From Raillietiella orientalis (Eukaryota), in contig JAYWIR010000008.1 in the NCBI GenBank assembly GCA_036172245.1, forward strand, positions 4,588,001 to 4,652,000: a stretch of 64,000 nt of DNA, given 5' to 3'. This document shows positions 36,001 to 46,714 of this stretch, piece after piece. The position numbers and the translations under genes were made by a program. The notes below the pieces were generated by a model. The model saw nothing but the letters and a program-made list of their open reading frames with translations. It was not told the DNA's origin and ran no database searches. Every line of letters begins with the position of its first letter. Within the stretch, counting starts at the first letter, position 1.

Positions 36001-38732
36001 AGATTTTTCCTTAATAAATCATAAAAGGTCAGCTGACACTCGAAATGGCAAGCTGGCCAATGTATTAAGGTAACCATGCCCCAGACCATGTAGGATAAAC
36101 AGTATAATTACAGGATGTTGCTTTTAACGCGACCTTCGCGAAGAAAATTGAAACAAGTTGGTATTCTGAAGGAGAGGGTATTTGGATGTGATTTGGGAGA
36201 GCATCTTCTGAATTCTGAGCATTCTATTCCACTCGTATTGCAGTGTTGTGCTGAATTTGTTGAAGAGAAGGGAGTCGTCGATGGCATTTATAGGCTGTCA
36301 GGCGTTGCATCCAACATACAACGTTTGCGACATGCATTTGATTGTGATTACATTCCTGTGCTTCATGAAGATGAAGGAGTGTCCAAGGATATTCACTGTG
36401 TATCCTCCGTGTTGAAAATGTATTTTCGTGAGCTTCCCAATCCTCTGTTGACATATCACTTGTATGAGCACTGGGTAGCAGCCGTGCGCCAATCTGCTGA
36501 TACTCGTTTGGCAGCCATGCGTGCTGTGGTTGCATGCCTACCACCGCCCCATTTTCGTACTTTGAAGTTTTTAGTATTTCATTTGCAGCGCATGGCCCAA
36601 CAGCATAATATTACCAGTATGAATGCAAAGAATCTTGCAATTGTGTGGGCTCCAAATTTATTACGCTGTCAGGCTCTTGAATCAGGTGGTGTTAGCAGTC
36701 TGCAAGATATTGGCTTGCAGGCAGTAATAACTGAATACCTCATTCTGCAAGGAGAGGTCCTGTTTGGCGATGATGCAATTTCTGGTAATGGTTCCCCCAA
36801 AATTCCAATCACATTGTCTATATGTTTTGCCTTAGTTGAGGAAAAGTACTTGAAATATTCACCAGTGCGTTTATTGTCTCTCAAAGAAGCACAAGAAGCC
36901 CAGACCCATCATTCACCAACAGGTAAAAGTACTGCAGAATGGTAAGGAGGCTCTGATTTTCAGAGGGACAGTCAGCAGATGAATCCAGTAATCTCTCACC
37001 TAGCCGAGCTAGCCTCAAATTCAGAAGAAGCATAAAGAATCTTTGGTGGACTAGGAGATTCTCTGGATCAAAAATTAAATCAAAAGGCAACATGCCCATT
37101 TCTCGGCCTATGACCAATCAGGTATGTTCTGATGGTTATTTGCATAACCGACTCTGTTTTGTTTAGGCCACACAAACAAATCTATGGCCTCATAAATCAA
37201 CAGGAGATTTATTAAGCTGTCCAGCTGCTGGAAGTTTTGCCGTGGTTATTGGGGAAAATCAGCACTCCGTTTTCACACATAGTCGTACCTCATCTTGTGA
37301 CTCCTATTTCAATCGCCACTTCTCTTCCAAAGAGCCTTTGTCGAAACCATGTTTCGATAATTTTCCTTTGAATCCTTGTAAAACCAGTACGCCATCTCGT
37401 TCCATTCATGGAACCAAATCGATGGATTCATTTCCTTATAAATCATTACCTCTTCATTCATATCTTAGTGTTCAGAATGCGTTTCCTTTGGCGTATCACG
37501 GCGGTCAAGAAAAGCAAAATGAAGACAGAATGGGTGTCCCTGTTCCGTTCACGGCTGCAAAAGCCCGAGAGAAACTTATTGATCCCATGAAAGATCAAGA
37601 AGTGCTTTCGGAAACCCTATCCTCCGCGGGAAAATCTCCGCCTAAAGCTTTCGATGACTCTTTCATTAAAACGGATACGAGTCCTCTTCAGGAAACAGCA
37701 ACTCTCCAGACGATGAAAGTCGATTTGGAAATGAAAGAGGATTGCCCCAGTGTGTTCCCAGGATCTTTGCAGGATCATAGTGTTTCTGTGATAAACAAAT
37801 CTGATGTTTCTGTAACATTCGAGCAGAACTTTGTAAATCCTACTGAGCAGCCGGTTGCTTCAAAAGTTCCCCCCCTCTCCGCTGACGAGAAAATCAGTGA
37901 TGACGAGAGTGCACGACGCTGGCGGATCGAAAAATACAAAGAAAAAAGACGCCAAAACCTGCAAGACAAATGCAGGAGCGCCGTTTCGTCAAATTCGCTG
38001 GAGGCGGATGGCGCGCTGCTGCAGAGACTCAAGCAGCGCGTGTTCAACTCTCGTCGGCAGCAGGAAGCCGCGGGTGTCCATTTCTCCCGTGCCGAGGGGA
38101 TCGCGAAGGAACCGGGAGCGAACACCAGCCGCCGCGAAGCAGCGGAATCCGCAGACGACGGAAGCGTCGCGTACGAATCCCTCAAAGAAGGAACGGTTCC
38201 GCCGGACCAGCAGCCGGGACCCGAGGTCCCAGCCGGCACCAAGCAGGACAAGCACCTGGCATTCCTGGAAGCGCTTGCCCCCGACCCCAAAAGGCACGAG
38301 TGTACCCACCGGCGCACGAAATCGCTGAAGAACTTCAAGCACGACGCCCCCAGCAGCTTCCCCCACCACGAAAGCAGTTCCGACTGCTTGCAGCCGAAGC
38401 CCCCCGAGTCCCCCAACCTAGTGCCCACGCACTCGGACACGTGCTTGGCCACGAAGAAGACCGTGTCCCCCATTCCAAGTGGGCGCGTACACGAAATGAG
38501 GGAGAAGTTTCTCAGAAGCTGCGTCGAGTCTCAGCCCAAAGCTTCCCAGACGAACTCGGACAAAGTGGTGTCGCAGAAATTCGTGAAGGAGATCTGCAAG
38601 AAGTTCTACGCCAATGCCAACACCGGCAAAGCCGTGGACTACGGTTTCCACAGCGACGAAAGCAGGTTGCCCGTGTCCAAGCCGTTCCTTGAAACGAAAC
38701 ATTTCTCGAAACCGTTAGTATTAGACGTTTGA
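32954..38732 (+). CDS. ARHGAP32: Rho GTPase-activating protein with PX, SH3 and RhoGAP domains (ARHGAP32/33, CdGAPr-like), 8 coding exons, ~1075 aa
   Basis: join(32954..33046,35323..35535,35589..35807,35849..36069,36114..36784,36836..36922,36964..37121,37167..38732) = 3228 nt, open throughout, all GT-AG. Motifs: FPLLVDCAHFHY, SWRIKRTFEHFCKLDNQLHCCVYDRR (PX), WLEMDNKG, WWRGK..FEVGYFP (SH3), ILKERVFGCDLGEHLLNS, GIYRLSG (Arg finger), KMYFRELPNPLLT, MNAKNLAIVWAPNLLR. Start codon uncertain; an upstream exon is possible. Confidence 0.93.
35323..35535 (+). CDS. ARHGAP32: RhoGAP exon 2 (PX domain)
   Basis: TTTTTAG acceptor; IRLISEF...SWRIKRTFEHFCKLDNQLHCCVYDRRVSHL...EHK; AAG|GTGATC donor. Confidence 0.9.
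35589..35807 (+). CDS. ARHGAP32: RhoGAP exon 3 (PX end, SH3 start)
   Basis: ECLTERIHNYLIRL...VLNWLEMDNKGRHL...INIPGVGAAIVIQDFDAQESDEISLK. Confidence 0.9.
35849..36069 (+). CDS. ARHGAP32: RhoGAP exon 4 (SH3)
   Basis: EGDLISVLDMPPPEESVWWRGKNQFEVGYFPYGCV...GKLANVL(R). Confidence 0.92.
36114..36784 (+). CDS. ARHGAP32: RhoGAP exon 5 (GAP domain)
   Basis: TRPSRRKLKQVGILKERVFG...GIYRLSG...FRELP...NLAIVWAPNLL. Confidence 0.95.
36836..36922 (+). CDS. ARHGAP32: RhoGAP exon 6
   Basis: CTTAG acceptor; EEKYLKYSPVRLLSLKEAQEAQ (cf. conserved LLSLEEAQ); CAG|GTAAAA donor. Confidence 0.75.
36964..37121 (+). CDS. ARHGAP32: RhoGAP exon 7
   Basis: TTTTCAG acceptor; open frame GQSADESS...PMTNQ; CAG|GTATGT donor; bridges phases of exons 6 and 8. 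Confidence 0.75.
37167..38732 (+). CDS. ARHGAP32: RhoGAP terminal exon (long low-complexity C-terminus)
   Basis: GTTTAG acceptor, in frame with the 496-aa track ORF 37242..38732; ends LVLDV TGA. Confidence 0.87.
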   Translation, partial: ATQTNLWPHKSTGDLLSCPAAGSFAVVIGENQHSVFTHSRTSSCDSYFNRHFSSKEPLSKPCFDNFPLNPCKTSTPSRSIHGTKSMDSFPYKSLPLHSYLSVQNAFPLAYHGGQEKQNEDRMGVPVPFTAAKAREKLIDPMKDQEVLSETLSSAGKSPPKAFDDSFIKTDTSPLQETATLQTMKVDLEMKEDCPSVFPGSLQDHSVSVINKSDVSVTFEQNFVNPTEQPVASKVPPLSADEKISDDESARRWRIEKYKEKRRQNLQDKCRSAVSSNSLEADGALLQRLKQRVFNSRRQQEAAGVHFSRAEGIAKEPGANTSRREAAESADDGSVAYESLKEGTVPPDQQPGPEVPAGTKQDKHLAFLEALAPDPKRHECTHRRTKSLKNFKHDAPSSFPHHESSSDCLQPKPPESPNLVPTHSDTCLATKKTVSPIPSGRVHEMREKFLRSCVESQPKASQTNSDKVVSQKFVKEICKKFYANANTGKAVDYGFHSDESRLPVSKPFLETKHFSKPLVLDV

Positions 38733-39489
38733 TGGTTCCTCGCGGATTCCTGCAGGCTTTCCGCTCCCAGCAAACATCTTGCGTTCTCCATTTAGCAAAA
38801 TTTGAAATTCCGTTGTCATGCTGCTAAATAAGTCAGTTTGCAAAGTATCTGTGATAGGATTTCAGTTTTATAATTTCATTTTTGTTTTTTTTTTGTTTTT
38901 TTTACGAAACATTTGAATGCATATCGGAAACCAGAGTTCTTCACTGTATCTTTATAGTTAGATATTTAATCATTTACGGTTTCAGCATCGTTGTTTTATC
39001 ATTCAAAAGTGACCTTGCTATAGGAATCAAATTGTTATATGTTATGAAATGACACAATATATATCACTTGAGTTAGGAAAAAAAAAAGTCATGCGGCTGT
39101 TCTCTTGAATGCTTATGCATGCGATTTTCGTTTTCTGGTAAGCCTTGCAGGTCCCATCCGTCAGTGCAGACTCTTCCCGAATCGTCCAAAGCCAGGCTGG
39201 AAAAGGTTTTTGCAGATGAGCGCGCGTCACACCCATGGTGTTCACTCGCAGTGTTCTGTGCACTGATCGATGTGGCACACTGAAACCTAGCCTCTTTTCG
39301 AGAGAGAGAGAGAGAAAAAAGTCCCTGATTGCTCCATAAGGTGCGTGGCGAGGGACCTCCGTCGCATTAGAGCGGCAGCCGCCCTCGACGCGGAGTGCCT
39401 TCTTTGCCAAGCCAAAGTCGAAAGAAAGCAAAGGGGTAACCTGAAATTTCTTTTTTTCTTTCTTTCTCTTTCCCGCGACGACAGCAGTT

Positions 39490-40025
39490 CGGCCGCGTGG
39501 CTGCGGTCTCCGCGCGTTGCGGGTGCGAATCCCACCCGAGGAAGGGTCAACGCGCCGTGGGTCCGAGGTTCCCCCCGCAAGATGGCACTGGTTGGAAGTT
39601 CCCGGCGAGTGGTCGGGATCGGAAGTCCGGAGTCCCTCCAGGAATCCAGGAGCCGACTCCCTCCGGGGTTTCCCTCTGGTTGTGAAGAGGGAGCTTACCA
39701 TCGCGTACTGTACAGCTGGTTGATACCCCCGTCGTGGTTGCCTCTCCAGAGTGTGAAGAAGCGCGCTGCTCCCTTCGGGGAGCGCCCTTCAGGGAAATTG
39801 GGAAGCGTCCTTCCGGAGAGAATAAGGGCGAGGGCGGGTTCTCTCCCAAGCGTGGGAGGAACGGACTCCTTCCTCCTGAACCCTTCCTGGACTCATAGGG
39901 TGGTCACGAGAACCACGTGGAAACCAGCATTCAACCGTCCGGTGACGCCCCTGCGGAGGCACGGGCGGCGCCTGGTTAGCAGACCCCTCCCGGGGTGCCC
40001 CCTAACTTGTGAAGAGTTACAACGG
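39490..40025 (+). mobile_element. tRNA-SINE family copy B (shorter central part)
   Basis: B-box variant GGTGCGAATCC (39522..39532) followed by CACCCGAGGAAGG as in copy C; GTTGCCTCTCCAGAGTGT (39737..39754); TTCAGGGAAATTGGGAAGCG shared with copy C. Confidence 0.8.
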
Positions 40026-41442
40026 TTTGCTGAGGCATGAAGCGAAACGAACGCACAAGCAGATCGTAAACAAACCGGTGGTGCCTCGCAAGCGGATGGC
40101 AGGAAAACTCCCGGTTTTTCCGCTCCTTTGCAGTCGAGCCACGTCATCGAAATGCGCGTTCGAAGGAACGAAACCGCGAACCGACTTCGGTTCGTGACCG
40201 CGTCAGGACCTGGCGATGTGTCAGTTCTGTCATCGGGTGCCAGCCGGTCCCCAGGCACCGTTTTCCTCTCCTTGTGCAACGGAGGGAGCGGAAGGAAATC
40301 ACGGACTCTTCGTGACGCGCATTTGATGCCCGGAATCGGAGCGTCGCACCTCCGCACCTGATGCTGGTGTTCCTCCCGGAGCGTCTCCCCCTCCGGTGAT
40401 GCGTGAGGTTTTCCAACACATGAGCTGGTCTTTGAACCGTTTGATGAACCCGCAAGGAAAGGTACCACGCACACACGAAAGCGCACCACGTGGAGGCGTG
40501 GCGGACGGCGGCTTTGGCCGAGTTGAACTCACCAGGGCTGTCAGTCTGACTCGGCCAGCATCTTTTTCCTTCGGGAGAGTGGCCTCATTCACAGCACTGG
40601 ACGCATTGCCCCCCCCCCCCCCCGTCTCTTCTGCCATCCTGAACGCTGCGCCGCCCTCCGTCGACATGATGAGGCGAGGGGGAGGAGGGAAAAGAGACCA
40701 AGGCGCGCACAAGACCAAGGCGCCGAGAACGGCACAAGTGGCCGGTCTCGGCGCGGGGCACGCGACCCGGAAGAGCTGGCGAGTTCACACGCGCAGCACC
40801 ATGAAAACGACGTAGCCGAGGATCAGCGATTCCGGAGAGTTCCTTCCCTCAGGAAAATTCTGTAGACATTTCCCCTCCCCCGACCGTTTCGGCCCGGGAT
40901 CCACAGTGGACTTCATTCAGCGCGTCCTTGCTGCCAGTGCCACTCTGCTCCCGGAGTCCTAATTCACTGGAGAAAGGGGATCAACACGCACTTCCAGGAG
41001 CTCCTGCTCCTTTCCTCTGCATCCCTCCCCCACCCCCGCTCCTCTATTTACCTTCCTTCCGTCTCCTGCCTTCACCAGGAGGTCCGATACCTTTGGGGCG
41101 GGCGTGACCGCCTCTCTCTCGCATGTCCTTTGTGAATGGGAAGGAATGAAGGGGATGTGGGGAAAATGAGAAGAAAGAGAAACCGCTCGCCTGCCACCCC
41201 CCAGCACCCTTTTCCTCCTCTTCTTCCTCTGGCCGTCTGTCGGCTCCGCTGGAAGCGTCCGCCTACCGCTGGCAGAGCTCCTAGTGGTGGATTCGAGAAG
41301 CAGCAGCTTTATTTTTGCGTGGGAAGATGGCGTGACAGGACCTCCTTCCACGGCGGGTCCGCTTCCCTGCAACTGGGCACGCGGCTTTGCTCCTCCCCCC
41401 TCTCTTGCGGAGGAAGGGGTACCCGCGAGCCCATCACGCCCA

Positions 41443-43053
41443 CTACGGGACCGCGTCCGGATGAGCGTGATCCTGGTCCACCTCCAGGCGCTTCCTGACC
41501 ATGTGGCCCCGGAAAGTGGCTTGGATCTTGGTGGCCGCTTCCCTTAGCTCGGGGTCGGATGCGACCCCCGCGTGTTCTTCCTTCTCCTCTTCCTCTTCCT
41601 GGAACACGCACAGGGTGCATCGACTTTTTCTTTCCCGCTTCCAGTGGGAGAAGGGCGCTGCCAGCGCCATTCTTCCTTCCAGCAGGCGCGTGCTGCCTCC
41701 GACCACGGGGACGAGTCCGGCGGGGAAGGGGGCGGCGCCAGGCGCTGCTTCCTACTTTCCCGTCTCTCGGCTCTTCGACTGGGGCGGATGCAGGACGCGT
41801 AGCCTCACCCCCCCCCCCCCCCCCTCGAGCGCGGGATTGGAGAGGGTGGAAACGGCGCGCGCTTCCCTCTTCCCCGGTGACTCCCGTCCCTTGTCCCTCC
41901 GGAGCACCGACCTGGATCCCTTTTTTTCGCGTCTTCTCCGGGCTGGTGGTGCCGTCATGAAGCTCCTTCCGAGTCAGGTGGCCGCGGAACGTCGCCTGGA
42001 TCTTCGTCGCCGCCCGCTCCTCCATCTCTGGGGGCGGCACGAGCAAAGCGGTCAACACAGGTGGGGAGAAAGGGGTCAGACGGCAGCAGCACATGCACTG
42101 TCCACTCCTCTCTGATGAACCCTGGAGCTTCTCATGGGGCTGGGAGAGAGGAGATGGCCGCGCCCCTGTTGTCTCCCCCACGGGCGGTGGGCAGGGCGCA
42201 TCCTTCGTGCGAGCGCACCTACTCCTAGGGCATGCGCAGCTTACTGGTGAAGGTGGGACGCGGGCTCAGACCTCCTCCCTTTCCGTCCGAGTGCTCGCGC
42301 ATCTCCGGGACCTGCGCTACTCCGGTGGGCTGGACACTTTCGGGAAGAGTCCGTCCTTCCCGGGGACGGATCCCGAGCCCATTCGTCTCACAGCAAACTC
42401 CTAGCCGCATCTGGGCGTCTTCGTGAGCGAACGGAAGGGCCTTCAGCCCCCAAAAGCGGCCGCCCGTCTCCCTACCGCCCGGCGGAGTCCTGCGTGCGGA
42501 GATCGAAACGGCGGACGCCCTGCCAGTCCTTTCCCCTGGTTGCCATGCTCGCTCGCATGCCCCCTTCCCGGAGGCATCGTCGGGACGCCCTGCGCGCTCC
42601 CGCTTCCTCCCCCCCCCCCTGCCTCGAGGAACCCCAGTGCTTCAAAGGACCCTTTGGAGAACCGAGGAGGGCTCATTCTGGCCCTTTCCACGAGGCAGGC
42701 GCCGAGCCGGCCGGTCGCCTCCACGCACGCGCCGTCCACCCCGAGAGTGCCTTTTGGCGCGGAAACGTGACGAGGATCGACCAGCGGCGCCATTGGAATA
42801 CGTACCACCCCACCTCCCCTCCTGGAAGAGGCCACTCCTGGCTACTCGCTGCCCAGAAACGAATTAAAGACAGGAAGGGGGGGAAGGGGGATTCGGAAAG
42901 GGCAAAGGTTACCGTGATGCTGCTGCTTCTGCTCCATTGCCTCCTGCTGCTGTCTTTCCAGCTCCTTCCGCACCAAGTGACCCCGGAAAGCGGCCTGAAT
43001 TCTGGCGGCAGCGGCGTCCTCCTCCTCTTTCGATTTAGTCGCGTTCAGCTGAT
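41443..43053 (-). CDS. GAP-43/neurogranin/igloo-like multi-IQ calmodulin-binding protein (3' three exons; 5' end not identified)
   Basis: complement(join(41443..41598,41912..42027,42913..43053)); GT-AG introns with consistent phases. IQ motifs AAARIQAAFRGHLVRKE, AATKIQATFRGHLTRKE and DPELREAATKIQATFRGHMVRKR with acidic linkers; TAG at 41445..41443. Confidence 0.85.
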
Positions 43054-44661
43054 CTGGAAGGAGAGGTTGCAGTGAGGACCAACGGAAAGAAACCATCTGC
43101 GGGGGCTCCTCCGGGAAGATCGGGAAGAATCGCAACACCCGGGAATCCCCCGATCGCGCGCAAGAAGGACACGGCGAGCCGGACCACCGAAGCGGAAAGT
43201 CCCTCCGGGCCGACCGGAAGCTGCGGATCCTCCCTCTCGACGTGCAAAGGTGCCGGAAGCAAGCGGCGCGCCGTCCACCATTGATCCGCGGGAGGGAAGC
43301 CTTGGAAAAGGTCTTAAAAAGGAGACGACGGCGGTGGCGACCCCGCGCCAAACGTGGCGCTCGAGCGGAGAAACTTCTAAGTGGCGGGGCGCGTATGCGC
43401 ACTCGGAGGGCAGCCGACGGGGAGTTGAAAGGTGGCTCGCTGCCAGAGGCTCGCGCGGAAGAGGAGGAAGAAGGAGAAAGGAAAGGAGGAGGGCTCACAG
43501 GCGAACAGATCGTCCTGCACGCGCGCAGTGGTGCCGAAGATGGAACCGACCGAACGTTTAATCTCGGTGTATTTCTGGCGCTTGGTCGCCAGCCAACAAG
43601 TCCGGGAGCCGCTGCAGTCTCAACCTGCATCTCTGGAGTGTGCTGAGCGCCACCGGCAACCAAAACACACAGATTGCTCCCCGTGGTTGCGAGATGGCCA
43701 CCGGATTGCACCCAGAGAAGGCGTTTATCCAAGAAAAGGTGTGAACCTCTTCCACCCGGCCACGGAGAGGGGAGTGGTCATTGTAGTGTTGGGTACCCGC
43801 GCGCCAGCTGTTCCCCGGGCACATGAGGGAGTGAGACGCCGAGCAGCGACTAAAAGGAAAGGGTTACAGGAACAGCAGCTTCCTGGTGCGCGATCCGCAA
43901 CCGAAACCCCGGGGACCGCGTGCTGTTCGCGCGCGCGGGCAGCGGCGTGGCGAGCCTTCGCCACTCGGTGCCAGGATGGCCACGTGGCCGTCGGCATCGG
44001 CCCGCAGCCCGACACTCCTGCCGAGCTCCTTGCCCACGACCACCACAACCCGATGATCGTGAGCCTCTGGGGTCGTCGCATGATTGAATCGCTCTTTGGA
44101 CGCTGCGCGGACCGGCGCACGAGGCATCAACGCACTCGCTCAGCAGCGGGACGATGGCGTCACGGGAAGGCCGGGTTCCCGGAGGCCGTTCGAAACGATG
44201 CGGGAGTCGGAAGAGGTCAGCCGGGCCGTGAGTGGTTGCGCGCACGTCGCCCTGCCAGCCGACGAGGGCGCGGCGGAGGAGATGCCGCCAGCGTGAGCCA
44301 CATGGAAACGACGGAGGAGGCCGGACGTCCGGCGAGGCTACGCGATGGCGGCTGGCGTTTCGGGGCCGCGCAAAGCGCCTGGTCCACGTCGCCGCAGGTG
44401 ACCCGCAGCAGAATCCGGAACATCTTCCCTGGGAGTCCTCACTCCGAGCTCCCCCTCCTCCCCCACGCCTCATACGGTGCTGGTCCGGAGCATCCTCCGC
44501 GAGCTGGCACGCCCGCCCCCAATTCGCGCGTCGGTTTCACCCTCAGCGCTCTTCGCGGCGCAGGGGCGGGGCGGTTCGGCGGCAGCGAGGGTCCTCTCGG
44601 CCTTTTTTTAAATTTTTTTTTGCCGCCGGCGAGATTGACGAGAGGTAACAAGGAGGTAACA

Positions 44662-44717
44662 AACGCCACCGTGCCACTTGTCACCACACCCGCGGTAACA
44701 AGTGGCACGGTGGTGTT
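44662..44717. repeat. Inverted repeat, 24-bp stem, 8-nt loop
   Basis: AACGCCACCGTGCCACTTGTCACC-ACACCCGC-GGTAACAAGTGGCACGGTGGTGTT; 1 G-T pair and 1 mismatch. Confidence 0.85.
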
Positions 44718-45734
44718 GCGTCCCGGCGTCACCGGATGAATGCTGCTGCCAGCAGCGCGATGTCCATCAACGGCTCTCCCCTATCCCCCTCCATTCCGCG
44801 TCCCCACGCGACGGGGACGAAGCCACCGGGGTGCGGGGGTGAGCCCGGGGAATCTCGTGGGCATGGAAGGGAGCCCGAGGAGGCGGTGCCGCCGCCATCG
44901 ATGATCCTCCTTCTCTCTCCGCCCGGGCCGCGGGAGGTTGCGAAAGCCCACGCGGGCCGGCAGCTTGCGAGTTCGGGAGAAGAGAAGGAAGTGGCGGCAC
45001 CACCGCTGGGGGGCATTGTGGCTCCTCGAGGGAAGTGGGAGTCACCCCTAGGTCAGGATGCAACGCCAGTCCGGGGCAAGTCAGCCGCTGCTGTAGGAAA
45101 TGGTGACGCAACCTCGCGGGGGAAAGGGAGATTGAGGAAATGGCTTCTACACATCGTCCGAGGGCGGCGGTGGTGGCAGCGCGGCCGCGAAGGGGCACGG
45201 GAACTCCATCAGCAGCGGGACGAGATGACGGTGAGGGCAGCCCCTCGCGGTGCCACCATGGTGCCCATGACGACGCCCCAGATGCTTGGAAAGCACGAGC
45301 CGGAAAAGATGGAAGCGCGCCTCTGGGTGCTCTGGGAGGCGCGACGGCGCTTCTGGTGCTCACTGGTCCACGGGCCCGAGCAGAGGTGCCGGCAGCATGG
45401 GAGATACATCCTCCGCGTCGCCTGGCACGGTTGCTCTGCAAGGGACCGCCCGACCGGTCGGCTGACGCTGAAGTCGGTGAGCGCACTGCCTCAGGCCGCC
45501 TCTCTCTCCTCGAGAGCCCCTCCGAGACCGTCTGTGCGGAGGGATGTCAGAAGACGACACCCCCACTCCGCCTCCCTACGCAGGTCCTCTCCGCCCCCTC
45601 CCCCCCGTAAGCGGTTGAAGAAGCTCTCGCTCTTCCTGTTCCTAAAGGAAGGGAATGAACAGCAGCAACAAGCAGCAGCCACCACAGCATGACGAAGAGA
45701 ATCAATCCACTGCGCTCTTCCGCTCAAGCGGCAC

Positions 45735-45748
45735 GTTACCATGGGAAC
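45735..45748. promoter_or_regulatory. RFX/DAF-19 X-box match
   Basis: GTTACCATGGGAAC fits GTHNYY-AT-RRNAAC exactly; 2.7 kb upstream of the first identified IQ exon. Confidence 0.4.
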
Positions 45749-46338
45749 GGGTTTTGTTTGTTTCTTTCTTTTTTCTCTTCCCTGTCCCCCTTCTTCTTCC
45801 CGCACTTCGCGCAAAGGGGACAGCTCTCGAGATTTATTGCGCCTCCGTGGAACCGGGTTCGCTGCGAGGTACGAACGGGAACCCACGGACCGGGCGCAGA
45901 TGCGGTGCCACTCTCCCTGTTCGGAAGCGGGGCAGGGGAGAAAAAGAAGGAAAATCGATGCCGCAGCATTCGCCAGGGCATATGGATCGTGGACGGGCAC
46001 GACGGGGGAAGGGATGGGGAGCGAGGGAGGGGGGAAGGGAACTGTCGATCCCTTTGCTCCTGAAATATTTATGCCCACCGTCCGATGAGTCCCCGGGGCG
46101 CAGTGGTTAATCAGCTCCCGTGCCTGCGTCCAGGCGCACGGCCGGCGTGCACGAGATCCCAACCGGCGAGGGACGAGCGTCCCGGTCTTCGCCGCCACCT
46201 TCCTTCCCTTCTCCTCCTCCTCCCGCCCCGTGTTTACTGAGACTCGCGAAATGGGGTTACTGGGACGTCGCGGGCTCGCCGGCGTTCCCTGCCTCCCTCC
46301 CCTCCTTTCCCCCCGACAGGCCTATTCCTCACGCGAAC

Positions 46339-46365
46339 CGGCGGCGGCGGCGGCGGCGGCGGCGG
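46339..46365. repeat. (CGG)9 microsatellite
   Basis: Read directly from the sequence. Confidence 0.9.
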
Positions 46366-46621
46366 TGAGGCCCAGTCCGGGATACCTGGCGGGACGGTGA
46401 AGGGACGATCTCCCCCGTTTCCCACAGTTCCCTCGCGGCCTGCGCATCGGTGTCGCGGCGGGGAACCCGCGCTGTCTGCCTGGCTGGGCCCTGCGAGACG
46501 GCTCTTCGGCCCGTCCCTCCAGAGCCACTTCGGTTCGGTTCTTGCGTGCGTTCCCCTCCCCCCTTCCCCCTTCTCGGATTACGGAGCGGGAGGGGCAGAG
46601 GGCGTTCCCGAGAACGTGCGA

Positions 46622-46714
46622 GGTCTCGTCCCCTCGCAACAATGAGGGTCTCGTTTCCGCTCAACAATGGGGTCTGGTCTCGCAACAATGGGAGTCTCGT
46701 TCCCCGGCAACGAT
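46622..46714. repeat. Degenerate minisatellite, ~4 units of 21-25 bp
   Basis: Repeated GGTCTCGT...CAACAATG units. Confidence 0.7.

Noticed and set aside
36942..36963. Stronger-looking GTAAGG donor at 36942
   Set aside because: It would give a 22-nt intron and the wrong phase; the donor at 36923 keeps the frame.
37775..38702. Alternative-frame and antisense ORFs over the RhoGAP last exon
   Set aside because: Shadows of high-GC3 coding sequence.
45550..45745. Candidate first exon of the IQ gene (ATG|GTAACG donor; MLWWLLLVAA or CCCC frames on -)
   Set aside because: Phase is incompatible with the phase-1 acceptor at 43053, or no suitable donor was found; unresolved without RNA data.
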